IMG/VR virus record: IMGVR_UViG_3300033148_006102
Span: 131,109 to 195,108 of that record
Source: a virus
Length of the DNA stretch: 64,000 nucleotides
Reading direction: 5' to 3' (one strand)
A program made the position numbers and the translations under genes. This document shows positions 37,482 through 46,768 of this stretch, in pieces. How positions within the stretch are numbered: the stretch's first letter is position 1; every line of letters begins with the position of its first letter. The notes under the pieces are model-generated. The model saw only the letters and a list, made by a program, of their open reading frames with translations, searched no databases and was not told the origin of the DNA.

Positions 37482-37697
37482 CTATTCCGTGAAATCGCGG
37501 ACAGTCGCCGCGTGTTCGCAGTCGTCACAAATACATGCGTTGTCTTTGTCCCACTCAACATTAGCGGGACTGGCAAGATCAGCGCCATCATCTGTTGCGT
37601 CGACCCATACAGTAGCGGCGATTCGAAAACCGCCATAGCTACCGCACTTGGGACAACGCATGCCTACGAGGCAGTTTGAATTTGGATTTTTAGACAT
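37482..37697 (-). CDS. Small Zn-ribbon-like protein
   Basis: CPKCG...C.DC. Confidence 0.65.
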   Translation of the reverse strand: MSKNPNSNCLVGMRCPKCGSYGGFRIAATVWVDATDDGADLASPANVEWDKDNACICDDCEHAATVRDFTE

Positions 37698-37989
37698 AGT
37701 TAAAGCAGATGTTTTCTTCGTCAACCAAGCGCGTAACGTGCGAGGCTAACTGGACTGTATCTTGGTTACGTAAATCGAATGAACCACGTAGCTCCATTTC
37801 ATGCCATGTGCGGAAGAAGCCGTTAATAAGCAACCGCATAATGTTCTGTTGGAGCGTGCGATGCATACGATAGAGACGATCGCGAATTAGATCTTTTGCA
37901 AAATCGTGACCCATGATATTGGAGGCCTTCTCGAGCGCATCCATTGCGATTTCAATTTGATTCGCGATTTCTTGGTTAGCTGTTGTCAT
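37690..37989 (-). CDS. Hypothetical protein
   Basis: AAGGTGG SD. Confidence 0.65.
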   Translation of the reverse strand: MTTANQEIANQIEIAMDALEKASNIMGHDFAKDLIRDRLYRMHRTLQQNIMRLLINGFFRTWHEMELRGSFDLRNQDTVQLASHVTRLVDEENICFNYV

Positions 37990-38401
37990 TGTCCACCTTG
38001 TAGTGGTCAAGATTACGAATAATCGCATCCGTGGTTGGCCAAGTATTCGGACCACCAGTCAAATCATGCGGTCCATTACAGGTACGCACAAGTAAGGTAT
38101 ATTGATCGGGACCGGGGGAACAAGGTTCGCCAGCTTGAAACATCCAGTGATCGGTTTGTAGGATGGTTTCGCCAAGTACGGCGACTCCGCCACGACAAAT
38201 ATGAATCACATAGTCTTTGGGCACAAGACCCAGCTGTACCGCAAGTTCTTGCAAGAAATTTTTGGCGGCCTTATGGAATTGGTTTTTGAGTTCTTCCTCG
38301 TAAGGCTGCCATTTGTTGTATGCTTTGTTAAGCCGTGTGGCTAGTGTTTTCAGCTTTTTAATGTTCAGGTCAGTGCTCCTGGGAATGTGGTAAATTACCA
38401 C
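37976..38401 (-). CDS. Hypothetical protein (start uncertain, possibly non-AUG)
   Basis: AGGAG lies upstream of in-frame CTG/ATT; no ATG in the 5' part. Confidence 0.55.
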   Translation of the reverse strand: MVIYHIPRSTDLNIKKLKTLATRLNKAYNKWQPYEEELKNQFHKAAKNFLQELAVQLGLVPKDYVIHICRGGVAVLGETILQTDHWMFQAGEPCSPGPDQYTLLVRTCNGPHDLTGGPNTWPTTDAIIRNLDHYKVDNDNS

Positions 38402-38702
38402 GTAGATATTTGTTCAAGTACGTCAGAAACTTTTCTACCTCGTGGTAGGTCTTTTCTACGCTATTGCTCATGCTAGCTGGCAGGAAGACGTCCCAGCCCG
38501 TGCAGGTATCGCCTTCCATATAGGATAGGATCAAAATCACTGCGCCTTGGACAACCCAGTGTTCAACGATTTGATCGCGTGGATTGTCGTAAGCTTTTTC
38601 CGGGCCGTGTTTGTACGAGTAGGTTGTTCGTACGGGTCGGCCGCCAGCAGCATGTAGTAGCTTGAATATTTCGTTACGTTGTTCGGAACGATCAATTTTC
38701 AT
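38370..38702 (-). CDS. Hypothetical protein
   Basis: TGATG coupling. Confidence 0.65.
   Translation of the reverse strand: MKIDRSEQRNEIFKLLHAAGGRPVRTTYSYKHGPEKAYDNPRDQIVEHWVVQGAVILILSYMEGDTCTGWDVFLPASMSNSVEKTYHEVEKFLTYLNKYLRGNLPHSQEH
38379..38401 (-). promoter_or_regulatory. 23-bp quasi-palindrome, copy 5 (degenerate)
   Basis: Minus strand reads GTGGTAATTT ACC ACATTCCCAG, running directly into AGGAG. Confidence 0.4.
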
Positions 38703-38953
38703 CAGAATTTCCGCAAGTTGTTGACTTCTCTGGTGAAGGCCCTGCGTTTGCTTGGGCCAGGCAGGTACTGCGTGGTTTCGAAATGTAGTAAAGCTGTGAC
38801 TATTGCTTTTGCGTACCAGTACGAACCATGGCCTGGCTTGTCTGTGAAATCTATGGCACCGGATTGTATTAAATGACCGGCACGTTCAAGCATGGCGTGG
38901 CTGGATTGTAGTATCAGATATGCGATCTTTTCACGTAGTTCGCTGTCTGTCAT
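38702..38953 (-). CDS. Hypothetical protein
   Basis: GAGGA SD. Confidence 0.65.
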   Translation of the reverse strand: MTDSELREKIAYLILQSSHAMLERAGHLIQSGAIDFTDKPGHGSYWYAKAIVTALLHFETTQYLPGPSKRRAFTREVNNLRKF

Positions 38954-39089
38954 TTTTCCTCACTGCTATAGACCGCGCCAAGATGTCGTAAGCCTTGTCA
39001 AGAAATTGATTCTTGCCCTGAACAGTACGATCGTCCTTGGCGTGGCAGACTAGTGCGTAAACCGTTTCAAGCACGTCAATGGTGCTCAT
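38931..39089 (-). CDS. Small hypothetical protein
   Basis: Contiguous array. Confidence 0.5.
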   Translation of the reverse strand: MSTIDVLETVYALVCHAKDDRTVQGKNQFLDKAYDILARSIAVRKNDRQRTT

Positions 39090-39457
39090 ATTTTCGATGG
39101 TTTGTGGTTGTTCCATTGTTTAATTGCTTCTTCTGCTTGTTCCAAATTTTGAAATTCCACTGTCTTGCTTACACGTTCAACGCGCCCGTCTTCAAAAGCA
39201 CGGAAGACGGTATAACCAGAACGACGATTATCGGGATACGGAATCCAGGCCATACCATCTTTGCCTTCAGCAATTGGGATTCTTATGTGCAGGTATGAAG
39301 GTGTTTCGCTTGCTACGAAAAATCCGCCTTCGTAAACTTTTTGGAGTAGCTCTGTGCCGTAAGTAAGCATCCAGCTGACATGAAACCAGCACTCGCCGAT
39401 TTTCTTGTTCTTACGCACAATCTCTTTGATTGTGGTTGATGTCGCTACATATTCCAT
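39086..39457 (-). CDS. Hypothetical protein
   Basis: Contiguous array. Confidence 0.6.
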   Translation of the reverse strand: MEYVATSTTIKEIVRKNKKIGECWFHVSWMLTYGTELLQKVYEGGFFVASETPSYLHIRIPIAEGKDGMAWIPYPDNRRSGYTVFRAFEDGRVERVSKTVEFQNLEQAEEAIKQWNNHKPSKI

Positions 39458-40269
39458 TTCTTGGCGTCCTCCTTCAGTTGTTCCATATCGACGCCGGCAC
39501 CTTCATCAAGCATACGCTTGATTTCAGCGATTTTGAACTTGTGCCGGAAGTCATGGCCTACTTCTTCCTCAAGGGCCACGTATTCGTCGAGCAGCCTGGG
39601 ATTGTGTTTACCGGCGATCAGCAGCGCATCCTTTGGTGCAAATACGCAAAAGACACAGCTGAGGCGCGGCATACCGTAATCGTAGGCATAGTGATATGGG
39701 ACATTAGTCGAATGGATTTTTGCCCATACTTCTTCAACTGTCCAATCGAAGATAGGAAATCAATCATCAACTTGTTTGCGCGTACCTTTACCCGTACAGG
39801 CTTTGTTGACCTGAAATGGTATTTTCTTCGATCGAGCAGGCGATTCTTGTTTACGGATTCCCATACAATTGAGGAGGCGAATCGGGCGATCGACACCTGC
39901 TTCTCGACTTTCCGTGGCGAGTGCGGTCAGGACACGCTGCATCGGACCTCGTTTGAAGTCACTGGTGCACCATCGTCGTGCGGCATCTGGCCATTTTTGT
40001 CGGTGGCGTACGTAGTCTATGAGGGTATCATGCGTGCGATTCGAAGACGTGATGAAGCGCAGGCCATAATACATTGCTTGGACTTCTGCGAGGACGCGGG
40101 TGCCGTCCCACTCCGCTCGCTTCAGGTCCGCATGGGCTACGATTAGTCGATCGCGCGAAACGCCAAGCTTATCAGCAAGCTCCACAAGATATATGAGCAT
40201 CGCTTGAGAATCCTTACCCGCTGAACTGTTGATCATTATCCAGTCATAGTCGCGAATATCGGGATTCAT
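39445..40269 (-). pseudogene. PAPS-reductase-family protein 1, interrupted by one in-frame TGA (39760-39762)
   Basis: SSAGKDS PP-loop, RWCTSDFKR and MGIRKQES..R upstream; the same frame continues *FPIFDWTVEEVW...PRLSCVFC to 39445. Confidence 0.8.
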
Positions 40270-40829
40270 TTAGCTTTTGGTACCGGTACAACTGGTGCCA
40301 ATGACGCTAGCGCCGTCATGGCGGCAAGCGTCTTTTGAGCATCAGCCTGGGTAGGTTCTTTTATCTGTGGATAGTCTGGAAGCACGCGCCCGTTGAGATG
40401 ATCAAGTTCATGTTGAATACAGCGAGCCTGTAATTCACTGAAGCAACGCGTAATCGTGTTGCCGTGTGTCGTTACATATTCAACATCGATATGCTTATAG
40501 CGTTCGGTGTACCGGCGCAAACCTGGAAAGCTGAGGCAGCTTTCGTAGTTTTTACTGGTTTCATCCGAATGCTTCACGATCTTTGGATTGATCATCGCGA
40601 TACGCTCGCCAAGATGAATGACTACGACACGAAGACCAACACCAACTTGCGGCGCGGCTAGACCGATACCACGATGTTGGGCCTGTAACCAGAACATATC
40701 GTTAACAAGTTGCGGCAAGTCTGGATACTCGAGGATGTTCTGCACATCAATCGGTTCCGCGGCCTGGCGCAGCACAGGAGCATCTGCAGGCACCAACTTC
40801 TTCCACTTTTTAGCCTTCTTCGGTTTCAT
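40266..40829 (-). CDS. def: Peptide deformylase
   Basis: GIGLAAPQVG, ESCLS and QHELDHLNG motifs. Confidence 0.92.
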   Translation of the reverse strand: MKPKKAKKWKKLVPADAPVLRQAAEPIDVQNILEYPDLPQLVNDMFWLQAQHRGIGLAAPQVGVGLRVVVIHLGERIAMINPKIVKHSDETSKNYESCLSFPGLRRYTERYKHIDVEYVTTHGNTITRCFSELQARCIQHELDHLNGRVLPDYPQIKEPTQADAQKTLAAMTALASLAPVVPVPKAK

Positions 40830-41188
40830 TCGATGGGATTCCTTTCAAAAACGAGTTCGAGTTCTGCTTCCGGGATGTCTGTGATGATTTCTCCATTATC
40901 AAGACATTCGATCTCGTAGAAAGATGCGGTATCTGGATAGAGATTGAGTAGATACAGGATTACCCCTTCTCGACCACGGTAGCGTACATGATACCCAACG
41001 CAGTACTTGTGTAAGTAACCTTCTTTTGGTTCGTCTACCAATTTGGGTTCTTTACTGCTGGTACGTTGTAGGCAAGCGGATAGATTACCTGCGGATGCAG
41101 GCGTTCTTTCGCGAGCAGATTTGCTGCTTCTGTGATTGTTTGCTTGTATTTCGCAGCGCATACCATCCAGTGTGGCGCGTCTGCCCAT
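40826..41188 (-). CDS. Small hypothetical protein (real start probably near 41041)
   Basis: The C-terminal ~70 aa look globular; start uncertain. Confidence 0.45.
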   Translation of the reverse strand: MGRRATLDGMRCEIQANNHRSSKSARERTPASAGNLSACLQRTSSKEPKLVDEPKEGYLHKYCVGYHVRYRGREGVILYLLNLYPDTASFYEIECLDNGEIITDIPEAELELVFERNPIE

Positions 41189-41796
41189 AGCTCATAGTCG
41201 GTGACAACGTAAGGATCGCCAATAATCGCGGTCCTACCACGTGTAATTACCACAGCCCGGATATGGGTGGTAAAGCCCAGCTTGTCGAGCGTAGCTTTCA
41301 GAGGTAGCAACGCACCTTTGGCATATGTATGCGCACCATAACCTTGACTGGAAAATGTGCTTGAGCAGCTTACTTTGACGCGATTCATCACGCACGGATC
41401 GCGTATGAATAGCACGGTATGTGCCAGCTTATCAAGTTGTTCATTTAGCAGCTCTTTATACAACTCGAATTGTTTGTAGAGCGCCATGAAAGGTTCACGA
41501 TGTTTTTCGTAAATCTCGTTGTGAACATCTTCTGGTAATGGCTTGAACCGCTTCTTAGCACGAGGTTGTCTGCGCTTCTGTTCGGCCAAGAACGCTTCGT
41601 CCAGTGCATCTTGCGCTTCACGCATAAACGTGAATTGTTCAGAGCGTGTGACCTGGCGCCGTTCCCACGCACCCCGAAAAGTACGTGGGAGGCTGTTAGT
41701 GATTATGCTTAGTTTCTTTATCCATTTGTGCTCTACGGGATGTCTGGTTCGTCCACCAGATTCGCACGTACGAGTACTTTCGCCATTTTCGGACAT
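41035..41796 (-). CDS. Hypothetical protein (real start probably downstream of 41700)
   Basis: Long ORF in the array. Confidence 0.55.
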   Translation of the reverse strand: MSENGESTRTCESGGRTRHPVEHKWIKKLSIITNSLPRTFRGAWERRQVTRSEQFTFMREAQDALDEAFLAEQKRRQPRAKKRFKPLPEDVHNEIYEKHREPFMALYKQFELYKELLNEQLDKLAHTVLFIRDPCVMNRVKVSCSSTFSSQGYGAHTYAKGALLPLKATLDKLGFTTHIRAVVITRGRTAIIGDPYVVTDYELWADAPHWMVCAAKYKQTITEAANLLAKERLHPQVIYPLAYNVPAVKNPNW

Positions 41797-43370
41797 ACTG
41801 AATTTCCTATTTTGGCTATCTGGTTTTGTATGGAACCAGTAAGAATATATTCATCTGGGAAACCTTGCGCTCGCGCTAATTCACGAGGTTGGAACATCCG
41901 CAGACCAATATCAGTGATTTGGTAATCACTACCATTGATCGTAACAACACCCATACGGGCTTTGGTGGTAATTGTGTGAAGTGGTTCCTTCACGGACTGC
42001 CCGACAGCTGTGCCGTAGTACTTGATCAGGAAGGCACGAACGAGCTCTGTGTTATCACGCGCACCGTTGACCTCAGCTTGGACTGTAGCGAGTTTATTCA
42101 TACCCATCACAGTTGGTGCTGGGTCATCAGGTTTGCGGCCAACGCTTTGCCCATTGTACTGGCTGAGGAAAGCCGCTACTTGTGCGAACTTATTACCTTG
42201 AGCTGTAACGGTGCGAATAGGATCTTTCATGTCAGAACCTACACCGGTGCCATAATAGTGCGTTAGGAAGGCTGCGACGAGTGCGTTGTGATCCCGCGCC
42301 GTAACAGTAGGTAGTGGCTCGTCTGGACTCTTACCGACACGTCCACCATAGTACTGACTGATATGCGGTACCACAATCGCTTTCTCTGGGCGATGCGCCA
42401 CAATGGTCTTCATAGGTTGTTCCAGATCTTGACCATGGAAGCGCCCGTCTTTGGAATAATGTGCTATGTCGACACCATAAGGTACAACCAGTGCTTTGTC
42501 GTTGCCTTGGGCGCACACTGTACCTAGTGGTTGCTCAATGCTCTGTCCACGGAAATAAACAGGATCACCTTTACGGTAATGGCCTGTGCGCACGATGAAT
42601 GGTTCGGGATCGTCGAAGACGAATTTCTGTAATCCCTTCGCAATTCGTTTCAGCGTGTTTTCGGCTAATGGTCGTTTACGGTTGAAGATCGAATTAGTCG
42701 GAATGGACCAATCAATACATTCTGCCGCTGTTCGATAAGGCTCCAGTCCTTCACCGTGTGTTGGTTTTGGCCATACGATAGGTGCGCCATCGCAACGGGC
42801 GATGATGAATAACCTTTTACGCGTAGTAGGTACGCCATAATCTGCGGCGCTAAGTATACGCCACTCAATGCTATAGCCTTCAGCACGTAGACCATTAACC
42901 CAGCTTTGAAATGTTTCGCCCAATCGCTTCTTGTCTGGGCGGTCATTGACGAGCGGTCCCCAATCTTGGAATTCTTCAACGTTTTCCAGCATGATTACAC
43001 GTGGCCGGACCAGCTTGGCCCATTTGACTACGATCCATGCCAGAGCACGTATACGACGCTCCAGTGGACGTCCACCTTTTGCTTTGCTGAAGTGTTTGCA
43101 ATCTGGACTGAACCACGCTAGGCCAATTGGTTGTGTTCCGCAAGCACGTATCGGGTCAACTTCCCAGAGATCTTCGCAAAGATGCAGTGTACGCATGTGA
43201 TTGAGTTTGTGCATCTCGAGCGCGGAGAAGTCATGATTTATGGCGAGATCCGGATCCCGGCCGAGTGCTGTGGTGATGCCATGAGAAGCACCACCACCGC
43301 CGGCGAAGTTGTCTACTATTAGTTCAGTGTCGAGTATGGGTTTGCATCGTGAGACAATTTTGGTTGTCAT
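41733..43370 (-). CDS. dcm: DNA (cytosine-5)-methyltransferase with a repeated TRD region
   Basis: DNFAGGGG (motif I), SPDCKHFS (IV), ENV (VI), R.RLF (VIII), QGFP..Y and IGNSV (IX-X); six S..EP..T[IV]-type repeats. Confidence 0.92.
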   Translation of the reverse strand: MTTKIVSRCKPILDTELIVDNFAGGGGASHGITTALGRDPDLAINHDFSALEMHKLNHMRTLHLCEDLWEVDPIRACGTQPIGLAWFSPDCKHFSKAKGGRPLERRIRALAWIVVKWAKLVRPRVIMLENVEEFQDWGPLVNDRPDKKRLGETFQSWVNGLRAEGYSIEWRILSAADYGVPTTRKRLFIIARCDGAPIVWPKPTHGEGLEPYRTAAECIDWSIPTNSIFNRKRPLAENTLKRIAKGLQKFVFDDPEPFIVRTGHYRKGDPVYFRGQSIEQPLGTVCAQGNDKALVVPYGVDIAHYSKDGRFHGQDLEQPMKTIVAHRPEKAIVVPHISQYYGGRVGKSPDEPLPTVTARDHNALVAAFLTHYYGTGVGSDMKDPIRTVTAQGNKFAQVAAFLSQYNGQSVGRKPDDPAPTVMGMNKLATVQAEVNGARDNTELVRAFLIKYYGTAVGQSVKEPLHTITTKARMGVVTINGSDYQITDIGLRMFQPRELARAQGFPDEYILTGSIQNQIAKIGNSVCPKMAKVLVRANLVDEPDIP

Positions 43371-43583
43371 CTACTTCAGCTTCTCCACATCGAACTCATT
43401 TTTGATGAATTTGGCCAGGAAGCTCCCGGCTGACGGTGCGGTCAACAACTTCTGATGCGTCTCTTCCGGGACACTCGCGTACTTGTAGTAACCGCCGTTC
43501 TTGAATCGAACAAAGAGGTCTTGTGTCTCTGGATCATAGCCGACTTCGGCGATGTTCGAGGACACAACTGGTACCATGTCCAT
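43371..43583 (-). CDS. KTSC domain protein
   Basis: V.SSNI..VGYD......L.V.F.NG..Y.Y..VP......L..A.S.G.F. Confidence 0.9.
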   Translation of the reverse strand: MDMVPVVSSNIAEVGYDPETQDLFVRFKNGGYYKYASVPEETHQKLLTAPSAGSFLAKFIKNEFDVEKLK

Positions 43584-43595
43584 GAATTTCCTTTC

Positions 43596-43618
43596 TTGGT
43601 ACTATGGGATAATCCCAG
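43596..43618 (+). promoter_or_regulatory. 23-bp quasi-palindrome, copy 6 (intergenic)
   Basis: TTGGTACTAT GGG ATAATCCCAG, abutting the SD of the KTSC gene. Confidence 0.8.
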
Positions 43619-43626
43619 GTCGCGAT

Positions 43627-43902
43627 CTATGGTGCGTGTTCGAGCATGGATGGTGGTACGCGCCACTCATGGTAGTCGTCGGTGCGTACCAGTATGTTCT
43701 TCTTCAGCTTCTTGACGACGGTGCCACGAATTACGCTACCCGAACGCCGTGTGAACTGTACTTCGTCGCCAGGCTTGAAGTTTGTGCTGGCGACTGCGTT
43801 GTTGATTTCTAGCAGTTGCTTGTGACGTGCACGTGCGGCAGCGCTGATCTGTTTTACTTCGTTAAGGTCTGCCTTTGAGATGGCATCGATGATGTCTTGC
43901 AT
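43627..43902 (-). CDS. Small hypothetical protein (SH3/KOW-like)
   Basis: F.PGD.V.F...G.V...K.N motif. Confidence 0.6.
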   Translation of the reverse strand: MQDIIDAISKADLNEVKQISAAARARHKQLLEINNAVASTNFKPGDEVQFTRRSGSVIRGTVVKKLKKNILVRTDDYHEWRVPPSMLEHAP

Positions 43903-45077
43903 ACTTTCTTAGCCTTTCGTTTTTGTCGGGATTCTCGGACAGCTTCAGCTTCTTCACCGTCTACTACGCGAATGTTGCCATCAGAATTGAGGACAACCTC
44001 AATACCTTCAAGCTGTACTTCGCCCGCTTTCTTTTCTGCCTGCGATAGCCGACGTGGGTTGCGCCCCTCACAATTAGCGCGAAGGATTTCCAATACCGTT
44101 GTCGGTAACTCCCAACCTTGATTTATTGTCCAATCTATGAGCGAGCGATGCCCTTTCTTACCCCGCCGGTAGATCCCTATTTCTTCCGGTTTGCGGATAT
44201 TGGGCAGCGCTAACGCTTCAATCACTAGGCAGAGTTCGAAGTGACGAGGATATACCTCGTGCATTGTGATCCATTCCTCGTCTTATGCATTCGGACAGAA
44301 TACGCAAGCGGACTTCTTTGGGACAAACCCGAAGACAAATTTACAGATTGCTGCGCAGTCTTTGCGATAGAAGCCCCACTCTCGGAGCGGGTAATGCGGT
44401 TCATATAACGCTTGCTCCTTCACATCACCGAAGCATGGTTTTGCGCGTTTGTCCTCACTAGCGTCATAGCCGATGTATTTGACGATTCGCTTAAACCCGT
44501 CATATGGATGGGTTTCGCGGAATTTACGCAGAATTTCTGCATATTTTGGATCAGACGGATCAAGATGCGCCAGATCTCCGTTGTTTGACGCCGCCCAGCC
44601 TCTGAGTTCATCCTCATCAGGTACTATCCAGTCAGGCATCTGATCGTAATAGTGCGGTGTCTTCCACACTTGTTGTGCCCATACTTGTTTCTTCAACCAA
44701 GCATTGATCACATCTGCTTTATGTTTCAGCGTATATTTGCTCCACCCATACGCTGCACTTGGTAGCGTATGAGAGCGAAGACATTCTTCACCTAAGTCTT
44801 CAATTCGTTGGACATTGATTTCTTTGTGTCGGTGAACGCGTACTGGTCGCACAAACCCTTCCTGTTCTAGGAAGTCACTAATGCGATCAACTGCATAGTA
44901 TGTGTCAGGCCATTCGTGTCCGGTTTCTGCAAAGATGATGGAATCAGGACGAAAGCCTGATAACACCATCTGTGCTAATATGGCGGAGCTATCAAGCCCG
45001 CCGCCCCAGCTGACGCTATGGCCCGCGCAGTCTTCAAACTGGCGGGGGAGCAACTTTGGAAACGATTTCGTCGCCAT
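43854..45077 (-). pseudogene. PAPS-reductase-family protein 2, interrupted by one in-frame TAA (44283-44285)
   Basis: SWGGGLDS, FAETG.E.P.TY, GYDASE..R, YPL.EWG and SACVFCPNA*DEEW; the frame continues into ORF 43854-44264. Confidence 0.78.
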
Positions 45078-45489
45078 GATCTGGTTCCTCTTTTTTCTTG
45101 ATACGCTCCAATATTTCCTCGGTGCGCTTACGGCGGAATATGTGCCAAGCACGCGTACATTCATTCGCATCCATCTTTTCGAAGGACGCATACTTCCTAC
45201 GCACGAAGGGCATGGCTTTCGCATCGCCGCGAGAGCGAGCCAACATGGCTCGGTTCTTTTCTGCTTGGTTTTCTTGTTTGATCTGCTCGTTGACGAGTTG
45301 TAATAGTTTCCGTTGAATAGCTAACGGATCTACTGTGCCAAAATCATCTTTGATTACCTCCTGGTCTCTCGAATAGAACGCATAAGATGCGATCTGTGAG
45401 AGACCAGGTTGTACACAAGAGCAGTTGATATTACCGTCAGCTTCGATCCAGTAATGTACGTGTGGAAATCGTTCAGACGCTGTTTGCAT
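45034..45489 (-). CDS. Hypothetical protein
   Basis: AAGG SD. Confidence 0.6.
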   Translation of the reverse strand: MQTASERFPHVHYWIEADGNINCSCVQPGLSQIASYAFYSRDQEVIKDDFGTVDPLAIQRKLLQLVNEQIKQENQAEKNRAMLARSRGDAKAMPFVRRKYASFEKMDANECTRAWHIFRRKRTEEILERIKKKEEPDHGDEIVSKVAPPPV

Positions 45490-45946
45490 CGACCTTTTCT
45501 TTGTATCGAGGATGCAGACCACGCAGTTCGCCATCGTTAAAGCAGTACACGGTGTCTGCAGTACACAGATGTACACCACTAACCGCATATCCCGCATCAG
45601 ATTCACGCGCTGCACATACTAGTGCCTGAATTAACGGAGCGCGTATAACGTCTCGCTTAGTACACGAGGAATGTGATGGAGTGGCGTTGTAGAAAATAGT
45701 CAATTCGTATTCTTCGAAGTCATCGTCATTAGGGTCGTATACCACGATAGGCTTTGAGCAATACGGGCAATTGACTATGTGGTTGACTTGATCAAGGTAC
45801 GAGGAATCTAGCCCCAGTGATCCATTGCAAAAAGGACATTCGAACACTTCGATATCTACCTCACGGTATCCTTCTCCTGCCCCTTTTGCGGCCGGCACAT
45901 GGACATGCACCTCGGTTGTGTCAGAGTATTCGATAAGATTTTTCAT
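45473..45946 (-). CDS. Zn-ribbon hypothetical protein
   Basis: CPFC...CPYC. Confidence 0.65.
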   Translation of the reverse strand: MKNLIEYSDTTEVHVHVPAAKGAGEGYREVDIEVFECPFCNGSLGLDSSYLDQVNHIVNCPYCSKPIVVYDPNDDDFEEYELTIFYNATPSHSSCTKRDVIRAPLIQALVCAARESDAGYAVSGVHLCTADTVYCFNDGELRGLHPRYKEKVDANSV

Positions 45947-46170
45947 CTGTTCTTTCCGAAATCGATTACGCAAAGTAACCGGCCGTCTTCTGTCTTTTCG
46001 TAACGTACGGGAAATCTGCCGTCGCCGCCGAAGTCTTTGAGAACTACGTAGGCGCCGCGGACAACCCCGCGTCTAAGGTTGTCGTGAATTTCTTCGTCTA
46101 AGTAGCAGGGATCAATGATTACCATTTCTCCGCTGTCAACGGTAACACAACCAAGTGTCCGTTCGTTCAT
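45943..46170 (-). CDS. Small hypothetical protein
   Basis: VDSG...IIDPCY...GGDG.FPV, a pattern recurrent in phage small proteins. Confidence 0.65.
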   Translation of the reverse strand: MNERTLGCVTVDSGEMVIIDPCYLDEEIHDNLRRGVVRGAYVVLKDFGGDGRFPVRYEKTEDGRLLCVIDFGKNR

Positions 46171-46451
46171 TCTTCCAACGCTTCCTTCATGGCTAGTAGG
46201 AACGCGCGAATCAAGTCTTTACTTGACTCTATAGCGCCCATGTCTGTTCTGATTTCAGCTATTGTGACTATCCAATCACCACCACATATACGCATGGTGA
46301 CATCGAAGCCACGTTTGTTGAGTTCTTGGGCCAAAGGAAGAATGTCGACATCGCGTACCATGTCATAGCGACACGGCTTGCAACCTATCAATCCCCAATC
46401 GTCCATTTTACGATGGCCCCATCGGCGTAATTTGAGTGTTGCGATAGCCAT
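46167..46451 (-). CDS. Small hypothetical protein
   Basis: Coupled stop/start junctions. Confidence 0.6.
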   Translation of the reverse strand: MAIATLKLRRWGHRKMDDWGLIGCKPCRYDMVRDVDILPLAQELNKRGFDVTMRICGGDWIVTIAEIRTDMGAIESSKDLIRAFLLAMKEALEE

Positions 46452-46768
46452 TAGCTACTTGCCCACCCAAAGAAATACCAGTCGTTATCGTTATCTGTAT
46501 CTACGACACGGATGGCACCGGCTGGACCCCATTTATCGTCGATGCGAGGATCACAATCACGCATAAGTTTTTCTGCGGTATTTTGCGCATCTTCCCATGA
46601 CATAGGTTCACCAATAATGACATGTGAATCTTTCTCGGCCATTGTACCGGTGTAACCAGCATGGCCGTAATCCCACGCGGCCTCTTCGGTAGCGAGCTCG
46701 CGGGCCTTATTGACATCACCGCCTGATTTTTCATCACTGATAAAGTGATCGAATTGCTCTGCTCCCAT
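46451..46768 (-). CDS. Conserved-looking phage hypothetical protein
   Basis: YGH.GYTGT.AEK and DKWGPA. Confidence 0.7.
   Translation of the reverse strand: MGAEQFDHFISDEKSGGDVNKARELATEEAAWDYGHAGYTGTMAEKDSHVIIGEPMSWEDAQNTAEKLMRDCDPRIDDKWGPAGAIRVVDTDNDNDWYFFGWASS

Noticed and set aside
39760-44285. Genome-wide stop-codon reassignment
   Set aside because: TAA, TAG and TGA all terminate well-defined genes here (MCP TAA, HNH TAG, many ATGA overlaps), long genes are uninterrupted, and the two internal stops are different codons.
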